From a virus (Duplodnaviria; Caudoviricetes), in IMG/VR virus record IMGVR_UViG_3300023065_000157, positions 1-47,914 of that record: a stretch of 47,914 bases of DNA. The stretch is one strand, 5' to 3'. Position numbers and translations under genes: made by a program. Under the pieces are notes generated by a model. That model was not told the origin of the DNA and made no database searches. It saw nothing but the letters and a program-made list of their open reading frames with translations. Below are positions 44,980-47,914 of this stretch, one piece after another. How positions within the stretch are numbered: position 1 is the stretch's first letter; each line of letters opens with the position of its first letter.

Positions 44980-45615
44980 ATGCGCGAGCGACCCATCCTG
45001 TTCAACGGCGCCATGGTGCGCGCCATCCTGGCCGGCCAGAAGACCCAGACCCGCCGTGCGGTGAAGCCCGATGGTGCAGTGGATGTTGTGCGCTTCATCG
45101 GCGCAGACAATCAGCCCACTGGCGAGTTCGGCTGGTGCTCCAATCCCTCCCTCATCACGCGCCACATTCGCTGCCCCTTCGGCCAGCCCGGCGACCGGCT
45201 GTGGGTGCGGGAGACCACAGAGGCGGATCACGACACCAGTGACGCGGTGACGCTCTCCCGTTACAGCGCGGACGGGGCCCACGTGTGCTACCGGGCCGGT
45301 ACTGGCGATGGCTTCGATGGAGCGATTCAGCACTGGCGATACAGCCGGAACTCCCGTCCGAGCATCCACATGCCGCGCGACGCCTGCCGCCTGGTGCTGG
45401 AGATCACCGCCGTCCGCATCGAGCGGTTGCATGAGATCAGTGAGGCCGACGCCCTGGCCGAGGGTATCGACCACGATGCCATGAATGGTTACGCCCTCGC
45501 CGGCATGCACAGATCAGCAGGCTTCGCCTTCCGCGACCTGTGGACCAGCACCGGCGGCGACTGGGACAGCAACCCGCGGGTATGGGTAATCGACTTCAAA
45601 CTGGTGCCCGCATGA
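44980..45615 (+). CDS. ASCH/PUA-like phage protein
   Basis: PILFNG.MVRAIL.G.KTQTRR, GDRLWVRET, PSIHMPR and NP.VWVI.F motifs. Confidence 0.8.
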   Translation: MRERPILFNGAMVRAILAGQKTQTRRAVKPDGAVDVVRFIGADNQPTGEFGWCSNPSLITRHIRCPFGQPGDRLWVRETTEADHDTSDAVTLSRYSADGAHVCYRAGTGDGFDGAIQHWRYSRNSRPSIHMPRDACRLVLEITAVRIERLHEISEADALAEGIDHDAMNGYALAGMHRSAGFAFRDLWTSTGGDWDSNPRVWVIDFKLVPA

Positions 45616-46355
45616 CCGTCATCACTCCTCAGCTAATCTGCGTCGTCGAATTTAGGCACTACCCGACCAGTTGCTTGATTGGCGGCGCGCTCGGATTCGC
45701 CGGCTATTTCCATCAACATTTGAGTAGCAACTCGCGAGTCCTTCATCCAGCTCGTCCTGCAAGGGGACTTCCAGAGCTGCGCGCGCGCCGTGAACGTTCC
45801 CGGCTCAGTAAACCTTCTCGCTTGCCGTGCAACAAAGCCTGCGATCGATACCGCTCCAGTCAAGCGCAGCGCGTTTTCGGAGTCCAGCGCCGCCGCAGAG
45901 GCACCAATGGCCGCCAGCTCTGCCTCCAGCGCACTGATCTTCGCTTCGAGCGCGTCCTGCTCTCTTTTTTCGGAAGCGAGAGTGCTCGAACCGAGTGCAA
46001 AGGTGATTGTCGAGACCTGCGCCTGCGCTCGGTGAAGTCGTGGCCAGAGTGCGATAAACGCAAGCCGGCCGGCCTCCAACCGCTCTTTTCTCTGCCGGCG
46101 CCGGTCGGACCCAGCGAGGAACAAGGCGACAACTGCTGCTGCAAATGCACCGACCGCAGAACCCCACCCAGCAGCTTCTGGTGTCCAGAGCTGGGGGACG
46201 CCGATCACGATGATCGCAAGGCCGCCACCCAGGGCGAACGAAACGATTACCACACCAAACAAGTGTTCCCGCGCTCGCTCCAAGATCGACATTTCGACTT
46301 TCCGCTCCTTGCCAGCAGCAATTTTGCCATGCATCGAGTTTCGGGGGTCGCATGA
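45612..46355 (+). other. Sense-strand bridging ORF (coding status unknown)
   Basis: ATGA overlaps at 45612-45615 and 46352-46355. Confidence 0.4.
45633..46292 (-). CDS. Antisense moron, two-TM membrane protein
   Basis: Start MSILERARE with AGGAG upstream; two TM segments then a helical domain. Confidence 0.7.
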   Translation of the reverse strand: MSILERAREHLFGVVIVSFALGGGLAIIVIGVPQLWTPEAAGWGSAVGAFAAAVVALFLAGSDRRRQRKERLEAGRLAFIALWPRLHRAQAQVSTITFALGSSTLASEKREQDALEAKISALEAELAAIGASAAALDSENALRLTGAVSIAGFVARQARRFTEPGTFTARAQLWKSPCRTSWMKDSRVATQMLMEIAGESERAANQATGRVVPKFDDAD

Positions 46356-46537
46356 ACGCAGGCAGTCAAGCCAAGCACACAGCGCGCGTGCTGATCGGCG
46401 AGGCGCGCGCCCGCCGGCTGGTGGGCCACGGGTTCTGGTGCATGTTCCGCATGGCCCAGTCCGCCCGCCGCCGCGCCGCCTCCCTTCCCCGCCCAGCCCC
46501 GCCGGCACTCCCCGTCCAACCGGAGCTATTTGCATGA
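46352..46537 (+). CDS. Hypothetical protein
   Basis: 61 aa ending QPELFA; coupled. Confidence 0.6.
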   Translation: MNAGSQAKHTARVLIGEARARRLVGHGFWCMFRMAQSARRRAASLPRPAPPALPVQPELFA

Positions 46538-46674
46538 TCTGCTCTATCGGAGCCGCCTGGCTGGCCATCAAGGGAGACCGGGAGAAGTACCTCGACTTCC
46601 TCTACTTCGGCATGTGTGAATTCCTCATCGAGCTGCTCGCACTGGGCGTGGTCCTGGAGACTTCCCATGGCTGA
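46534..46674 (+). CDS. Small hydrophobic protein
   Basis: ATGA-coupled 46 aa ORF with GGAG RBS. Confidence 0.45.
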   Translation: MICSIGAAWLAIKGDREKYLDFLYFGMCEFLIELLALGVVLETSHG

Positions 46675-47611
46675 TATCCAACACCTGGTCAATGTCTCCG
46701 GCGGCAAGGACAGCACCGCCGTCTACCTGCGGGCCATCGAGCTGGGCCGTCCGTTCCGCGCTGTGTTTGCTGACACCGGCAACGAGGATCAGCGCGTCTA
46801 CGACTACATCGCTGAGCTGCCGGTCCGCACCGGCGGCCCCGTTGTCGAAACGGTCCGCGCCGACTTCACCCGTCAGCTCGCGCAGCACCGTGCGTACATC
46901 CTCGAGCGCTGGCCGGGCGAAGGCATTTCGGACGAGATCGTGCAGCAGGCCGCCGCCCTGCACGAGCCAACTGGCAACCCGTTCCTGGACCTGTGCATCA
47001 GCAAGGGGCGGTTTCCGTCGCGAATGGCACAGTTCTGCACTGAAGAGCTGAAGACGTTGCCCATCACCTTGCAGGTGGTTGGCCCGATGCTCAAGACGGG
47101 GCCGGTCCTGCAGTGGCTGGGCATCCGCGCTGACGAATCCGCCAATCGGGCCAAGCAACCCCGTTTCAACCGTCACGAGTCGGGCTCAATGGTCTGGCGG
47201 CCGATCTTTGACTGGTCCGTTGAGCAGGTGTGGGCGCAGCACCGGAAACACGGAGTCGCACCCAATCCGCTGTACGCCTTGGGCATGGGCCGGGTCGGAT
47301 GCATGCCCTGCATCAATTGCCGCAAGAGCGAGCTGAGGAACATCGCTGACCTGTTCCCCGACCACATCGACCGGATCCGGCAGTGGGAAGAGATCGTGGC
47401 CTCGGCCAACAAGCGGCGAAGCGCCACGTTCTTCCCTGCCGTCACCGACCCCACCGACGTGGACCGGCCCGGCAGCTACTCCCGGATCGACACGCTGGTC
47501 GAATGGAGCCGAACCGCCCGAGGCGGACGGCAATTCGATCTCTTCTTCCAGGCCCAGGCCGGCGGTGGTTGCACTTCTGACCTCGGCCTTTGCGAAAGGA
47601 ATGCAGCATGA
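46667..47611 (+). CDS. PAPS reductase-family (PP-loop) protein
   Basis: SGGKDS, FCTEELK, GIRADES and RVGCMPC motifs. Confidence 0.88.
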   Translation: MADIQHLVNVSGGKDSTAVYLRAIELGRPFRAVFADTGNEDQRVYDYIAELPVRTGGPVVETVRADFTRQLAQHRAYILERWPGEGISDEIVQQAAALHEPTGNPFLDLCISKGRFPSRMAQFCTEELKTLPITLQVVGPMLKTGPVLQWLGIRADESANRAKQPRFNRHESGSMVWRPIFDWSVEQVWAQHRKHGVAPNPLYALGMGRVGCMPCINCRKSELRNIADLFPDHIDRIRQWEEIVASANKRRSATFFPAVTDPTDVDRPGSYSRIDTLVEWSRTARGGRQFDLFFQAQAGGGCTSDLGLCERNAA

Positions 47612-47709
47612 CCCAGCGACACATCAGCCACCCCGAGCCGCTGCCGGCCTGCGCCGCCGGTCACCGCGCGTGCCATATCAACTTGGAGCATGACGATGAC
47701 CACGAATGA
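47608..47709 (+). pseudogene. Short or truncated ORF
   Basis: ATGA-coupled 33 aa ORF (MTQRHISHPEPLPAC...) ending inside the next gene. Confidence 0.3.
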
Positions 47710-47914
47710 GCTTTGCCTATCCCGAAAGGAAATGCGCGAGCTGTGTGGCACCCCGCTTAAGGACCGCCAGTTCGCCTTCTTGCGGGCCAACGGCATCCGG
47801 CACTACAAGGGGCTGGACGACCGGCCCCGGGTGCTCCGCTCCACGGTCGAAGGCGTGGGCGATGAGGCAGCCGCCAAAGCGATCGCCACCTGGAAACCGA
47901 ACAAGGCCGCGTGA
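47690..47914 (+). CDS. DUF4224 protein (probable excisionase)
   Basis: LSRKEMRELCG......Q..FL..NGI......D.RPRV; last gene of the early operon; GGAG RBS. Confidence 0.8.
   Translation: MTMTTNELCLSRKEMRELCGTPLKDRQFAFLRANGIRHYKGLDDRPRVLRSTVEGVGDEAAAKAIATWKPNKAA

Larger units (their letters stand above)
44231..44980 (+). other. Sense-strand bridging ORF (coding status unknown)
   Basis: ATGA overlap upstream and TAATG overlap downstream; spans two antisense ORFs. Confidence 0.4.
1..47914. mobile_element. Lambdoid siphovirus-type prophage (integrase and att sites not within the window)
   Basis: Full set of head, tail, lysis, Q, replication, cro/cI and recombination modules in lambdoid order; tape measure present, no tail sheath; ends in a DUF4224 excisionase-like gene. 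Confidence 0.95.

Noticed and set aside
1-47914. Integrase, att repeats, diversity-generating retroelement or tail invertase
   Set aside because: No recombinase or reverse transcriptase motifs and no terminal direct repeats were seen; the window starts and ends at gene boundaries.

Overview
The window is an almost complete lambdoid, non-contractile-tailed (sipho-type) prophage. High GC and gene content suggest a Xanthomonadaceae/Stenotrophomonas host (inference). From left to right: an accessory end (umuD/umuC, a TPR-like + HEPN gene pair, a SRAP peptidase, small orphans, a secreted protein); a minus-strand late operon (tail spike with SGNH esterase motifs, tail tip, tape measure, chaperones, tail tube, head-tail genes, DUF2184 capsid, DUF2213 protease, portal, terminase, lysis genes); Q, nin and replication genes, cII, a cro/cI switch with clear operators; and a plus-strand early operon (annealing protein, YqaJ exonuclease, KTSC, ASCH-like, PAPS-reductase-like, DUF4224 excisionase-like). 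No integrase or att site is visible; the integrase probably lies just beyond the right edge. The main observations are: (1) the portal is fused to a C-terminal 2H-phosphoesterase resembling anti-CBASS Acb1; (2) at four loci, antisense cargo genes sit under sense-strand ORFs that overlap the neighbouring genes at both ends; (3) a candidate TPR+HEPN defence pair lies between umuC and SRAP; (4) the tail chaperone pair would need a +1 rather than -1 frameshift, at UUC-UUU-CGC. All family calls come from motif recognition and gene order, not from database searches.
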